IMG/VR virus record: IMGVR_UViG_3300037991_001364
Location: 1-24,551 of that record
Direction: 5' to 3' (one strand)
From: a virus
Taxonomy: Duplodnaviria > Caudoviricetes
Length of the DNA: 24,551 nt
The notes below the pieces were generated by a model. The model was not told the DNA's origin, did no database searches, and was given only the letters and a program-made list of their open reading frames with translations. The stretch's first letter is position 1; each line of letters starts with the position of its first letter. Positions 9,035 to 18,088 of this stretch are shown here, in pieces. A program made the position numbers and the translations under genes.

Positions 9035-9678
9035 CACAAGAAGTTCTGCAGCTCAAGGCCGAACGAAAGGACAGGCAATGCACCAATGATACGTTCCCCG
9101 TATAGCACCGGCACAACATCGCCTTGAACAGTGTTGGCGTTCGACTTATCAAAAGTGAACGAGTTCAACTGTTCAGCTTGGCTGCGCCCTGTCGTAGCGC
9201 TTGAACGTCCCACGCCGCCCTTCACGGTTGGCATTTTGGGCGTTGGAGTCAAAAGGTCTGCTACGCCACCAAACAGCATTGACGCACCGATTGCGCCGAT
9301 GCCAAGAGAAACCGCACCGAATGGCGTTCCAAAAATTGTTGCCGCTGTTGCGCCAAGGCCTGGGACCAAAATGGCAAACGCGACCAACGCAACACCAGCT
9401 ACGACCTTGCCAACACCGCCACGCCCTACAGGGACAGGGGCAAGCACTAGCCGTTTGCTTATCGGCCATAACAACTGCTCTTCATCAATGCCCTCTGGCG
9501 AGTGATCGGTGATCACCTTCCAAGCAACGCCTTTGTCGCCCGACTCAAGCAGGTATTCCCGCAGGCCCGGTATTTGCAGCATCAAAGCCCGCAAGCCCTC
9601 AGCAGGCGTCTTGATTGCTAACTGAAACTTGCGGCCAAACCTTCGCCCAGCTTCGCCAACCAATCGGATCGTGACCAT
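9034..9678 (-). CDS. Tail assembly protein (lambda gpI-like)
   Basis: Ubiquitin-like N-terminus IRLVGEAGRRFGR, Gly-rich hydrophobic middle, NTVQGDVVPVLYGERIIG. Lies between the K- and J-like genes. Confidence 0.9.
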   Translation of the reverse strand: MVTIRLVGEAGRRFGRKFQLAIKTPAEGLRALMLQIPGLREYLLESGDKGVAWKVITDHSPEGIDEEQLLWPISKRLVLAPVPVGRGGVGKVVAGVALVAFAILVPGLGATAATIFGTPFGAVSLGIGAIGASMLFGGVADLLTPTPKMPTVKGGVGRSSATTGRSQAEQLNSFTFDKSNANTVQGDVVPVLYGERIIGALPVLSFGLELQNFL

Positions 9679-10400
9679 TAGGCAATGCGACGAACGATCA
9701 TGGCCGTATTATCGCGGAAATAACCGCTGTAGGGCATCACCTCAGATTTGCGGCCTACCAAATGCTGAAAGATCTGATTGGCTTCTGGGTCTTCCAACAC
9801 TGCGACATGGTTACACGCATCATCGTTTTTAATCTTCATTAGGAACACGTCGCCCCGCTCTAACGGCACTGACGGGGGGATCCGTATAAAGCCCTCGGCG
9901 GCGAAGTTGTCCTCAAAGTGCGTAAAGCCACGCTGTACCCATTCGCCCTCGTACAAGCGCTCATAGTCGCCCATCGCAACGCCCATCTCTTGGCTGTACC
10001 AGTCACGCACTGCTGAATAACAGTCATAACCGCCATACAGCCATGGGCGCCCCAGCAGCCCTGCCGACTGGTTCGGATCAAAGTAAAAGTGCTCCGTGCC
10101 CGCACAATTAAAAATCGCGTAAGGCAGGTTTAATGCTTTTGAAGCGTTGATGTCGGCAAAGCTGACAGTTCCATAGTCGATGTGACTGTGCCAAGACGCT
10201 GTCGCGTCGTCTAAATGCAAAGCAGTCTCTTCAGCGCTAATCGTAAAAGCGTTCTCTTCTTTTGACGTATTAGTGCATTCGACAATGTCTCCATTGTTCA
10301 AAATAAAGCCACACGCCTCAACAGGGTGCGCAGCCTCTGCACGCTTTTGAATTTCGGCTTGCTGCTTGCTTGTGGTCGGGTTGCTAAAAGAAGAAAGCAT
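9678..10400 (-). CDS. Tail assembly protein (lambda gpK-like; JAB/MPN + NlpC/P60 domains, 240 aa)
   Basis: EACGFI...SWHSH...SFAD (JAB) and YDCYSAVRDWY...NHVAV...IFQH (NlpC/P60). Start moved to the ATG at 10400, just after the gpL-like stop, to avoid a 97-nt overlap. Confidence 0.9.
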   Translation of the reverse strand: MLSSFSNPTTSKQQAEIQKRAEAAHPVEACGFILNNGDIVECTNTSKEENAFTISAEETALHLDDATASWHSHIDYGTVSFADINASKALNLPYAIFNCAGTEHFYFDPNQSAGLLGRPWLYGGYDCYSAVRDWYSQEMGVAMGDYERLYEGEWVQRGFTHFEDNFAAEGFIRIPPSVPLERGDVFLMKIKNDDACNHVAVLEDPEANQIFQHLVGRKSEVMPYSGYFRDNTAMIVRRIA

Positions 10401-10402
10401 GA

Positions 10403-11107
10403 TTAGCCCATTGCATCGGTCAGCCCTGGGAAGCCGCCAAAAGGTAAGCGTGGAGTGTTTCCAAAGCGTAGCTTGCAACTCGTCAAGCGCTTGCCGCACA
10501 CATCGTTTGGTGCCGTGGTGGCTTGATCGTTAGCGTCAAAAAAACTGCTGCCTGCGTAACCACAGCCAATGCTGCTTTTGTAAATCCATTGACACTGCTC
10601 ACGCAGCAGCCTTCGGCCCGGCAAAGATCGGCCTTCAAGGTCAAAAGGTATGGCCAGTTGAAACGATATGGCCAGTTTATTTTCGCTGCTTTTTTGCTCA
10701 ACAATCCACTCATCAGGCCCCCAAAAAGCGTCAGGGTCAGCGCCAGGGGCGCCGTCTAAGTAGGTGGTCAGGGTGCGGATGCGCTGAACCGTAGCGCCCA
10801 CCAAGTCGTCATAAGTGTTAGTCAGAGCAGTTATTCCAAGCCCTACATTTGCGAATGTGATTGAAGGCCTTGCTAGCTGCCCTGTTGTGTTTAACTCAAA
10901 GCCAGACGTCTCAAGGGGCAACGCCGTGTAAGTATGGGTTTTGTAAACCACATCAGTTCCGTTGACTTGCGACCAATTTGCAAACCTGTAAATGCTTACG
11001 TCTGATGACCCCGGCGGTAAAATAGCTGCAATATCAAGAGTAAATAGATCGACAATTTGCGGAAGCTGGGTTTTAAAAGTTTCAGCATTAGGAGGCGATT
11101 GTGTCAC
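10403..11107 (-). CDS. Minor tail protein (lambda gpL-like)
   Basis: DLVGATVQRIRTLTTYLD and a C-terminal four-Cys cluster CQWIYK..CGY...DVCGKRLTSCKLRFG...LPFGGFPG. Confidence 0.93.
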   Translation of the reverse strand: MTQSPPNAETFKTQLPQIVDLFTLDIAAILPPGSSDVSIYRFANWSQVNGTDVVYKTHTYTALPLETSGFELNTTGQLARPSITFANVGLGITALTNTYDDLVGATVQRIRTLTTYLDGAPGADPDAFWGPDEWIVEQKSSENKLAISFQLAIPFDLEGRSLPGRRLLREQCQWIYKSSIGCGYAGSSFFDANDQATTAPNDVCGKRLTSCKLRFGNTPRLPFGGFPGLTDAMG

Positions 11108-11625
11108 ACGTAAACCCTCGCTAACGAAAAAGACAGCACGGCATATGCCGCGTCTATTGTATTTATCTGCCAGCCGTCAGCTAGCAAATAATTTCGTGCG
11201 GCAAGTGTCAGGGTGATTGGAATGTTCGTATTGTTTGGTACGTCGACAGACGTTAAAACTCCTGTCACTAAATTGGCGGTGTAGTTTTGCGGCCTCACAT
11301 AGCCTGTCAAAGTCAAAGCGCTCAGGTTCGTATAGCCTAAAGACAAGGTGCCGCTTGTAAAAGGCTTTGAAAATGTTTTAGTGCTGTATGGCGGAGTCCA
11401 GTTTATGGCTTGGCCTTTTTGCTCTAAAAAGAAACTTTCTAAAGAGTTGATTTCTGCAAAAGTAAGCGGGGGCGTTTGACATTCCCAAATTTCATTTTCA
11501 GCGTTGACGCCATCGGTTAGAACTTGGCTGTATCCATCTCCAAACTGAGCCCGCTGCACGCGCTGTGATCGCCTTTGAGTCAAAGACGCATCAAGCGGGA
11601 TGTCGTTGAAGGCAATGTGAGTCAT
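11104..11625 (-). CDS. Distal/minor tail protein (lambda gpM-like)
   Basis: AQFGDGYSQVLTDGVN and FFLEQKGQAINWTPP; directly downstream of the tape measure gene. Confidence 0.85.
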   Translation of the reverse strand: MTHIAFNDIPLDASLTQRRSQRVQRAQFGDGYSQVLTDGVNAENEIWECQTPPLTFAEINSLESFFLEQKGQAINWTPPYSTKTFSKPFTSGTLSLGYTNLSALTLTGYVRPQNYTANLVTGVLTSVDVPNNTNIPITLTLAARNYLLADGWQINTIDAAYAVLSFSLARVYV

Positions 11626-13607
11626 TACAGCATGCCCCCGCTACGGCGTTCGTTGGCAAGCGTACCAAGAACAATCCCTTTGACCTGCCCTGCTAACTGT
11701 TTTTGGGCTTGCGGTGACAACTGCTCTCCGGTGTTTTCAACGGATATGTTGATCGTACCGACATTCACCCCACCTAGCGACTTGTTAGGGGCAATGCTGC
11801 CACTGCGGCCAGGTGTGAACAACTCAGGGCCTCGCTCCCCTACAACAAAAGACCTCCCACCGGTCACCGTTCCGCCGCTGGCCCTTTCCCCACCAAAGAG
11901 CTTGGTGAAAATGCTGCTGGGGTTGCCACCACCAAGGCCACCCAAAAATGTCTGCAGCCCAAACCTCAGCATGATGTCTGCGAGGTTTCTAAGGGTGTTT
12001 GATGCAACCTCAGCAAGCGACTTGGTGCCATCGACTGCAGCAGCCAACGAGTCAACAATACTGCTTGTGATGGTGTCCCCGATAGACCTATAAAGTTGGT
12101 TCATCTTTTGCGCTTGCTTCTCAATCTGCGCGTCGATCATTGCCCCTTGTTCAAAAATTGCCTTGAGGCCGTCTAGGTTGACCTTATTGTTTTCGGCGGC
12201 TGCCTTAAATTTGTCTTGGTAAACTTTGACCATAGTTCTTTCGTGAGCTATCTCAGCGTCTCGCAATGCGCGTTGCTCTTTAAGTGGCGGTAGTTGCGCT
12301 TCCAAAATTCGCTGGATTTCTACTTCTTTAGCTAATTTCGATTTTGCTATTTCATCTGTTGAGTGCGCTAGCTGCTGCTGTCTTTCCAGCAAAGCGTTCA
12401 TTTCAAAAGTGAGATCTTTTTGCTCGCGTGATCGCTTTGTCCTTGTCCTGCCAGCGCTCCCCCCTGACGCACCTAGAGAAGCACTGCCTGTAGTCAAAGC
12501 CGGAGGTTGCACCCCATTAGCTGCATCTTGCAATCCCTCAAGTTGTTCAGTTACGGGCGCAACTTGACCCTTCAATAGTGCGATTTCACCTCTAAGCTCT
12601 TTAATCCTGTCTGACCTAGATTGGGAAACGTGACGGAATCTTTTGCCCCCTTCTAGCTCCTCAAGCTCTTGCTCAAGATTTGCAATTTTGTTTTCAGTGC
12701 CTAACCCTAAAATTTTGTTGGAAAACTCAATCAATCTAATAATTTGATTTGTAGCGTTGATGGCCGCAGTCAGGACAAAGTCAATGGCAGGCTTTAACGC
12801 ATCCCCGATTGTGACGGCCAGCCTGCCTACGCCATCAAGCAACGTGCTGAATTTGCCGCTTAATGTAGTTGATTGTGCAATGGCCCCGTCGGCATACTTG
12901 CCGCCAGTATCAGTTAATTTTTTCAGGGCAAACTCTGCCGCCTCAGCGCTTATTTGGCCCTTCTCAAGTGCCTTGCTAAATTCTTCCCCGGTTAAATTGT
13001 ATTCTTCTCTCAGCACTCCGGCTAAATCAACGCCGCGCTCTTGCAACTGCAACAGCTCTTCTGTTTGCAATCTGCCTTTCGCTTGGATTTGGCCAAACGC
13101 TGTTGTAATGCCGCCTAGGTCTGCCCCAGTCGCGCCCGCAACGTCACCTAACCGCTTTGTTATATCAACCAACTTCTCAGTTTCAACCCCAAAAGCTTTA
13201 AGCCGTTTTGCCGTTTCAATTAACTCGATGCTCTCAAACGGTGTCACCGAGCCGAAGTCCCTTAGCTCTTGGATAATGTCTTTTGCCTTATTGGCAGAGC
13301 CCGTTAAGACTGTGAGGCTTCTTGCTTGCTTCTCAAGCTCAGCAGTCTTGACAAAAATAAACTTTGCGGCGGTTATTGCAGCGGCAGCTATTGCTAAACC
13401 TTTGACAGCTCCAGTAAGGGCGCTTATGCCGCCAGTGGCAGCCTTTGCGCCGCTGCCCATGCTTACAAACTTGCCCTTAGCGGCTCCTAGACGTTCGTTT
13501 GCTCCCCGAACAGCACCATCAAGCTTGCGAGTTTCAGCCGTCACCCTTTGAAGCGGGCTTATGGCGCGTGAGGCGTCAACGATTAGCTCAATAGAAGACC
13601 TAGCCAC
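11625..13607 (-). CDS. Tail tape measure protein (660 aa)
   Basis: Tape-measure domain (VTPFESIELIETAKRLKAFG...LGDVAGATG...FGQIQAKGRLQTEELLQLQERG), coiled-coil middle, C-terminal RASGGTV...VVGERGPELFTP. GTG start preceded by GAGG. Confidence 0.93.
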   Translation of the reverse strand: MARSSIELIVDASRAISPLQRVTAETRKLDGAVRGANERLGAAKGKFVSMGSGAKAATGGISALTGAVKGLAIAAAAITAAKFIFVKTAELEKQARSLTVLTGSANKAKDIIQELRDFGSVTPFESIELIETAKRLKAFGVETEKLVDITKRLGDVAGATGADLGGITTAFGQIQAKGRLQTEELLQLQERGVDLAGVLREEYNLTGEEFSKALEKGQISAEAAEFALKKLTDTGGKYADGAIAQSTTLSGKFSTLLDGVGRLAVTIGDALKPAIDFVLTAAINATNQIIRLIEFSNKILGLGTENKIANLEQELEELEGGKRFRHVSQSRSDRIKELRGEIALLKGQVAPVTEQLEGLQDAANGVQPPALTTGSASLGASGGSAGRTRTKRSREQKDLTFEMNALLERQQQLAHSTDEIAKSKLAKEVEIQRILEAQLPPLKEQRALRDAEIAHERTMVKVYQDKFKAAAENNKVNLDGLKAIFEQGAMIDAQIEKQAQKMNQLYRSIGDTITSSIVDSLAAAVDGTKSLAEVASNTLRNLADIMLRFGLQTFLGGLGGGNPSSIFTKLFGGERASGGTVTGGRSFVVGERGPELFTPGRSGSIAPNKSLGGVNVGTINISVENTGEQLSPQAQKQLAGQVKGIVLGTLANERRSGGML

Positions 13608-13631
13608 GACCGCCTCAGCACTGATTCCATA

Positions 13632-13820
13632 CTACCGCCGGTTCATTTTTGCGCGCTCCATTGCCCGTTCTTGCTGTTCCCCTTTCAGCTCGTAGTAGGC
13701 AGCAAAATAAACAAGCTCCGCATCGGTCAGTTCCGTGCGCAGCCTGCTGACTGTCATGCCAAGCTCGCAGGCCAGGTGAAACTCAAAAAGAGTCCACTTG
13801 TCCTGCTTTAGTCGTTTTTT
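13632..13820 (-). CDS. Tail assembly chaperone C-terminal extension (gpT-like frame of the G-T fusion)
   Basis: Not in the track. The -1 frame from the slippery site reads RLKQDKWTLFEFHLACELGMTVSRLRTELTDAELVYFAAYYELKGEQQERAMERAKMNRR* (TAG at 13634-13632) and fills the gap before the tape measure gene. Confidence 0.85.
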   Translation of the reverse strand, partial: KKRLKQDKWTLFEFHLACELGMTVSRLRTELTDAELVYFAAYYELKGEQQERAMERAKMNRR

Positions 13821-14164
13821 GCATCGTCAAGGTTTGGCTCTTCGCCAAGCCCAAACAAAAATAGTTCAACTTCATTCAGGACAAATTCAGGCAACTTGCG
13901 CTGTAGCTTTTCAGCATCAGCCGCTGCAAAAGCTTTTGTGCCGTCTTCAAGCTCAGCTATTTGGCAAAGCATCTGCGTGCTAATCGACAAAGCCTCATCA
14001 CTGCCTGCAAGGCTTTGAGCCTTTTTGCGGTCAGCGCGGGTGATTGGCCTGAAGTACAGATCGACAACTTTGTCGCCTGCTTCGTTTTTTAGTTCGTACT
14101 TGCGGCGCTGGTTGAGATCAAACGCCCCAACCAGCAAGTCAACCGTTCTTTCAGTGGCAGGCAT
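13808..14164 (-). CDS. Tail assembly chaperone (gpG-like, 118 aa)
   Basis: Lies between tail tube and tape measure, is acidic, and ends at the slippery site. Confidence 0.85.
   Translation of the reverse strand: MPATERTVDLLVGAFDLNQRRKYELKNEAGDKVVDLYFRPITRADRKKAQSLAGSDEALSISTQMLCQIAELEDGTKAFAAADAEKLQRKLPEFVLNEVELFLFGLGEEPNLDDAKND
13814..13820 (-). other. Programmed -1 ribosomal frameshift slippery site A-AAA-AAC
   Basis: Minus strand GCA AAA AAC GAC TAA: an X-XXY-YYZ heptamer in the correct phase, one sense codon before the chaperone stop. Confidence 0.85.
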
Positions 14165-14199
14165 TTAAGCAACACATTTGCCGCTTAAATATAGCCTCC

Positions 14200-14622
14200 T
14201 CACTGCAAGTTGGAAGTAATAGTGCCGCTGGTGATAAAGCTGCAGCTAACAGTTACAAGCTCGCCAACTGTTGAGCTGATTTCCATGTCGGTCACAATTC
14301 CGCCAAAGGAAACAGAGTCTGTGCCCGTTGAGCTGCCAGTTGTGAACAGTTCAAATGATGCGTCAGCGGTGTCGCCTGTCTTAATCACATCCTCAATGAA
14401 ACTGGCTTGCCCGGTTGCGTCTGGGTCATACACCAATTCGACAGTGCCGGAGCCGCTGATCATGCTGCCGACAAACTGCCGGAAGGTGTTTCCGTGAACA
14501 GTGGTGTCAAGCGTTTCTTTCGTTGTTGTCAGGCTCCAGCTTCGGGTGCCTACAACAGTCGCAAGACTGCCTGAGCCAGTTTCAAATTGAACTGAACCGG
14601 ATTCGCCTCGGATGGTGGCCAT
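14200..14622 (-). CDS. Major tail tube protein (140 aa)
   Basis: RSWSLTTTKETLDTT...RQFVGSMISGSGTVELVYD...VTVSCSFITSG; position after the terminator gene. Confidence 0.88.
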   Translation of the reverse strand: MATIRGESGSVQFETGSGSLATVVGTRSWSLTTTKETLDTTVHGNTFRQFVGSMISGSGTVELVYDPDATGQASFIEDVIKTGDTADASFELFTTGSSTGTDSVSFGGIVTDMEISSTVGELVTVSCSFITSGTITSNLQ

Positions 14623-14624
14623 GG

Positions 14625-15050
14625 TCAGAGTTCCTCGATGGATTCAAAGGTCACACGGACCTGTGTTTGAAAATAGCCCTCGGGTGCTGGTGAAGCCAGT
14701 GCCTCTGGACCAATTGGAGCGTCGAAGAAAACCCCCGACACGGTAACCCTATTGTAAAGGTCTCGGATTCGTTTACCAATAACGTAATTGGCGCCAGGGC
14801 CTACGCCTTTGCTCGAAAATATGTTCAGAACAACCAAGCCCACAATCCGGTTGTAGGAGCTTGTGGTTGATCCATGCCCAAGGTATTCACTTGAGCCAAA
14901 GGTTGTCAAACACTGAACCCACGAACTGTTCGGCGTGGGCTCATAGGGCATGTTATGGAAAACCACAGGGATGGCCGGGCTGCTTGCTAGCTCCGTGGCC
15001 AGCCTGCCCTCAATGGCTGCTCTGATGCTGTTGAGATCTGCAGCAGCCAT
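14625..15050 (-). CDS. Tail terminator protein
   Basis: 141 aa with VVFHNMPYEP, GLVVLNIFSSKGVG and YFQTQVRVTF; immediately upstream of the tail tube gene. Confidence 0.8.
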   Translation of the reverse strand: MAAADLNSIRAAIEGRLATELASSPAIPVVFHNMPYEPTPNSSWVQCLTTFGSSEYLGHGSTTSSYNRIVGLVVLNIFSSKGVGPGANYVIGKRIRDLYNRVTVSGVFFDAPIGPEALASPAPEGYFQTQVRVTFESIEEL

Positions 15051-15400
15051 TAACCCCTCCTAATGATTTTTTGATATTGACCTTGAGCCCATGATTCAAG
15101 CTCTTTGCCGATTAGCTCAGGGAAGCCAGCGACAGTGCCTTGGCGTGTTCTGAACTTGCCTTGCCAAGAGGCCGGTAAATTGGTGCCATAACAAACAGGC
15201 TCAGCATATTCGACGTTGTTCGTCACTTCGCCTTGATAGGGCTCAATTTTGCTTTTCCATCCGATGCGCAAGGTGCCAGTCACCACAGGCGTTCTTTCTT
15301 TGACGCGCCCTTCCCATTCCAGTGTTGTCACTTTGACCAACTGCTGGATCTGACCGTCCATATAGTTGCCGATTTGGTTGAGCGGAATTTCTCTTGCCAT
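15050..15400 (-). CDS. HK97 gp10-like tail completion / neck protein
   Basis: RTPVVTGTLRIGW and NNVEYAEPV motifs; synteny. Confidence 0.85.
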   Translation of the reverse strand: MAREIPLNQIGNYMDGQIQQLVKVTTLEWEGRVKERTPVVTGTLRIGWKSKIEPYQGEVTNNVEYAEPVCYGTNLPASWQGKFRTRQGTVAGFPELIGKELESWAQGQYQKIIRRG

Positions 15401-15402
15401 GC

Positions 15403-15759
15403 CTACGCCCTCAGAATTAGCTCGTAAGTGACAGCAGTATTCTCTTGCTCGTTTGTTTTGACGCTGATGATTTGATGCACAACACTGTTGACGAGCACTT
15501 TGTCTTTGGTTGCAGGAGCTGCGTCTAGGTCTTTCGCGGCAACAGTTAAGCGCTTGTCACCGGCCTGCACCAACTCGTTGGCTTCCTTGTTCACCACATC
15601 CTCAAGGATGCCTTTGACTTCGCTGTCGGTGTTTGTCTCAGCGACTGTTCCAGTGCTTGCGTTGTATGCGCCCGCGCCAACGACACGGATCGTCACATCA
15701 CCGCCAAATTTGCTGATGACCTTATCAGCGACATTGACCAGCGCAGAGGCAATGCTCAT
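15403..15759 (-). CDS. Head closure / head-tail joining protein
   Basis: 118 aa beta-rich protein with GAYNASTG, LVQAGDKRL and YELILR; synteny. Confidence 0.75.
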   Translation of the reverse strand: MSIASALVNVADKVISKFGGDVTIRVVGAGAYNASTGTVAETNTDSEVKGILEDVVNKEANELVQAGDKRLTVAAKDLDAAPATKDKVLVNSVVHQIISVKTNEQENTAVTYELILRA

Positions 15760-15989
15760 CAGAGGTTATACGCGAGGCAGGCACCGCTAGTCAGCGTGAT
15801 GCTGGTGACAATCCCACAGATTTCAGTGTCCGCCACAAAAGTCTCGCCAGCAAGACTGTTGCCGGTCGCGTTCTTAACAGTGATTGCGCTGATGACAGTG
15901 TCTTCTTTGAAATAGATTTTGCTGAACCTGCCGGTGTGGGCAGCAGTGTCAGAGATGAACTCGAAGCCGCCTGAAAGATCCTCGTACAT
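15759..15989 (-). CDS. Small hypothetical virion protein (76 aa)
   Basis: Tightly packed in the operon (TGATG coupling downstream); beta-rich, ending TSITLTSGACLAY. Confidence 0.7.
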   Translation of the reverse strand: MYEDLSGGFEFISDTAAHTGRFSKIYFKEDTVISAITVKNATGNSLAGETFVADTEICGIVTSITLTSGACLAYNL

Positions 15990-15991
15990 GG

Positions 15992-16552
15992 TCAGCTCCG
16001 TTTGATTGCAATGTTGCCTGGTCCACTAATTCTAAGGCCCGTCAAGTACCTTTCAAACATTGGCGGCACACGGTCAGCTCCGATTGCGCCAGTAGTGGCA
16101 GGGGTCACGTCTAGGCTGCCGATCTTGACGTTTTTAAAGTCCTCAAGGCCGCCAAGGCTGATCCCGTCAACATTGTTCTTCAGGTAGACGGCCATTTCAA
16201 TTTGGGCACGCTTGACCTGATCCGGTATTTCCGTGTCTGTGTAGTAATCGTCAGAAATGCGAAAAGGGAAGCCAGTCGCATACGTGTTGACATAGGTATC
16301 AGGCTTACGAACGCCTGTGCGCGGCCACTGCAGGGCTTGTGTGTCTGTTGCCCGTGCGCCAAGGAATCTTTCACGGTCAAGCCTCTGTGCCGCTGCAGCT
16401 AACGCACGGTTGCGGCTGTCATCATTCCCGGTTGTCCACTTAGAAACATCCGAGCTGGAAATCATTGCCTCAACAAAGGTGTCAGCCTCAGCCAGCGTTA
16501 TGTAACTGTTGGCGCTTGCTCCGCCCGCTGTTGCGTCGATTGTTACTGCCAT
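15992..16552 (-). CDS. Head-tail adaptor/connector protein (family often annotated 'DnaT-like')
   Basis: ANSYITLAEAD, QALQWPRTG and IPDQVKRAQIEMA; position after the capsid genes. Confidence 0.82.
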   Translation of the reverse strand: MAVTIDATAGGASANSYITLAEADTFVEAMISSSDVSKWTTGNDDSRNRALAAAAQRLDRERFLGARATDTQALQWPRTGVRKPDTYVNTYATGFPFRISDDYYTDTEIPDQVKRAQIEMAVYLKNNVDGISLGGLEDFKNVKIGSLDVTPATTGAIGADRVPPMFERYLTGLRISGPGNIAIKRS

Positions 16553-16658
16553 CGGGCTTCGGAGTAGAAGTCTTTTTTGTCGGCTTAGGAGGGGCGGAGG
16601 CCACCGCTTGCGCAGCAGCCTCGCGTTCCTTCATCCGCCGAAAGGCGAACATGCCCAT
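16488..16658 (-). CDS. Small basic hypothetical protein (56 aa)
   Basis: Not in the track. ATG overlaps the upstream stop (TGATG) and reads MGMFAFRRMKEREAAAQAVASAPPKPTKKTSTPKPDGSNNRRNSGRSKRQQLHNAG*. It fills an otherwise empty gap of about 105 nt. Confidence 0.65.
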   Translation of the reverse strand: MGMFAFRRMKEREAAAQAVASAPPKPTKKTSTPKPDGSNNRRNSGRSKRQQLHNAG

Positions 16659-17020
16659 CAGGAGCTAGCGCCCTTGAGAAGCACAAAGCTCAGCACGATG
16701 GCCTCGCTTGCGGTTGAGCCAACATTGGCCACAGTGATTGCGAACGAACCAGCAGCGATGCTGTTGGCTTGAACGAGATAGCTGCCAGCAGTACCGGCAG
16801 AGCTGTGGTTGACCACGACCACATCAGTGGCGGTGACCTTGTCGTTGTTGACCGTAAAAGTCACCTCAGCGGCGCCAGCAAGCTCAGCGCCGTTCATGGT
16901 GATTTGACCGGACTCTGTGTTGAGAGTCACGGCGGTTCCTTTGTTGGTGGCCTGGGTGACAGTGCCGCCGTTGGTAGGGCCAATTGCGCTACCTGCTGTT
17001 GCCTCGAAAATGGATGCCAT
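16658..17020 (-). CDS. Putative capsid decoration / head fibre protein (120 aa)
   Basis: Directly after the major capsid gene, with a strong SD (GAGGAGGT); beta-rich and Ala/Thr/Val-rich. Confidence 0.6.
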   Translation of the reverse strand: MASIFEATAGSAIGPTNGGTVTQATNKGTAVTLNTESGQITMNGAELAGAAEVTFTVNNDKVTATDVVVVNHSSAGTAGSYLVQANSIAAGSFAITVANVGSTASEAIVLSFVLLKGASS

Positions 17021-17034
17021 GGTTAGTTACCTCC

Positions 17035-18057
17035 TCAATCCAGTGCGCTGGTGGTGGTAATCCGCACGACACCAATGTTGTTGGTTTCGTACACCTTGGT
17101 CCAGTTGCCCACGGTTTCCAGTTGCGCCCTTGTGGGGTTGGAAACTGAAGTGGAGAACTTAGAGCCGATTGGGTGATACACGTAGTGCAGATCAATCGAC
17201 ATGGCATCGCTCTTAGCGAGGATGTCACGGTCGGTCTCAGTCTGAAGGCCGAGTTGCTCGCCGGAGCCAATGGCGCCTTGGGTGAACATGTAGCTGGCAT
17301 ATTCGGTGGAAGCACCGGAACCAGCGGTCTGCACATCAGCAGACACGATCACGCGCATTCCCATGAAAGTGGGAACAGCAACGTTGCCAAAGGCGTTAGC
17401 CAATGAACCCTGCGCAGCATTTGCGTCTGGCTGACCGTTGTTGTCGTAGACCATGTCGAGCGCACGGCGCTCTTTCAGGTCGTAATAAACCTTGGGGTGA
17501 ACGCAGATAGCGGCCAGCTTGTCGCCTTGATCGCCCAGCAAGGATTGACCTTCAACAACCTGACGTGCAGTCAGTTGAGTTGGGGTGTCCCCTGATTCGC
17601 CATCAACGGCCAAAGCCGCATAAGCAGCAGAGCTGGTGTCACCAACTGCGCCGAATACGCCAGCTAAGCAGGACAGCAAATCCTTTTGACGTTGGTTGGC
17701 AACGTAATCGGCAATCTTGTTGCCAATAGCAGCCATTGGGTCAGAACCGGCAGCCAGTGCAGCCAAGTCGCGTGACTCAAACGCACGACCACGGTGCAGA
17801 ACGACGCCAACTTGCTTGTCAGCTTCGATCTTGCCAGGAGTCAGCGAAGAGCTATCAGTCAGACGCTCAAAATCGCCTGACAGGTTTGCCTTGTAGAAAG
17901 GCACTTGAACGAAGTCACCACCGTCCTCGGCGGCATTTAGCTCGGCCATTGGCTGAACCACGCCGCTAGCCAAAAAGGCATCACGCTGAGTGGTTTGCTC
18001 AATGACGTACGGCGTAAATACCTCAGGGATGATGATGTCAGAGCGAAGAGTCGCCAT
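17035..18057 (-). CDS. Major capsid protein (340 aa)
   Basis: MATLRSDIIIPEVFTPYV, FLASGVV, RGRAFESRDLA..AAGSDPMAAI, ETDRDIL, YVYHPIG, NPTRAQLETVGNWTKVY; SD GAGGA; follows the scaffold gene. Confidence 0.93.
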   Translation of the reverse strand: MATLRSDIIIPEVFTPYVIEQTTQRDAFLASGVVQPMAELNAAEDGGDFVQVPFYKANLSGDFERLTDSSSLTPGKIEADKQVGVVLHRGRAFESRDLAALAAGSDPMAAIGNKIADYVANQRQKDLLSCLAGVFGAVGDTSSAAYAALAVDGESGDTPTQLTARQVVEGQSLLGDQGDKLAAICVHPKVYYDLKERRALDMVYDNNGQPDANAAQGSLANAFGNVAVPTFMGMRVIVSADVQTAGSGASTEYASYMFTQGAIGSGEQLGLQTETDRDILAKSDAMSIDLHYVYHPIGSKFSTSVSNPTRAQLETVGNWTKVYETNNIGVVRITTTSALD

Positions 18058-18088
18058 GACAGATCCTCAAAAATGGTTTTTACGGTGT

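Noticed and set aside
10401-10499. 33-aa N-terminal extension of the gpK-like ORF given in the track
   Set aside because: It overlaps the conserved C-terminus of the gpL-like gene; the ATG at 10400 right after the gpL stop is more plausible.
12757-13551. 264-aa plus-strand ORF
   Set aside because: Antisense shadow of the tape measure gene, with Ser/Ala/Pro-rich composition and no recognisable motif.
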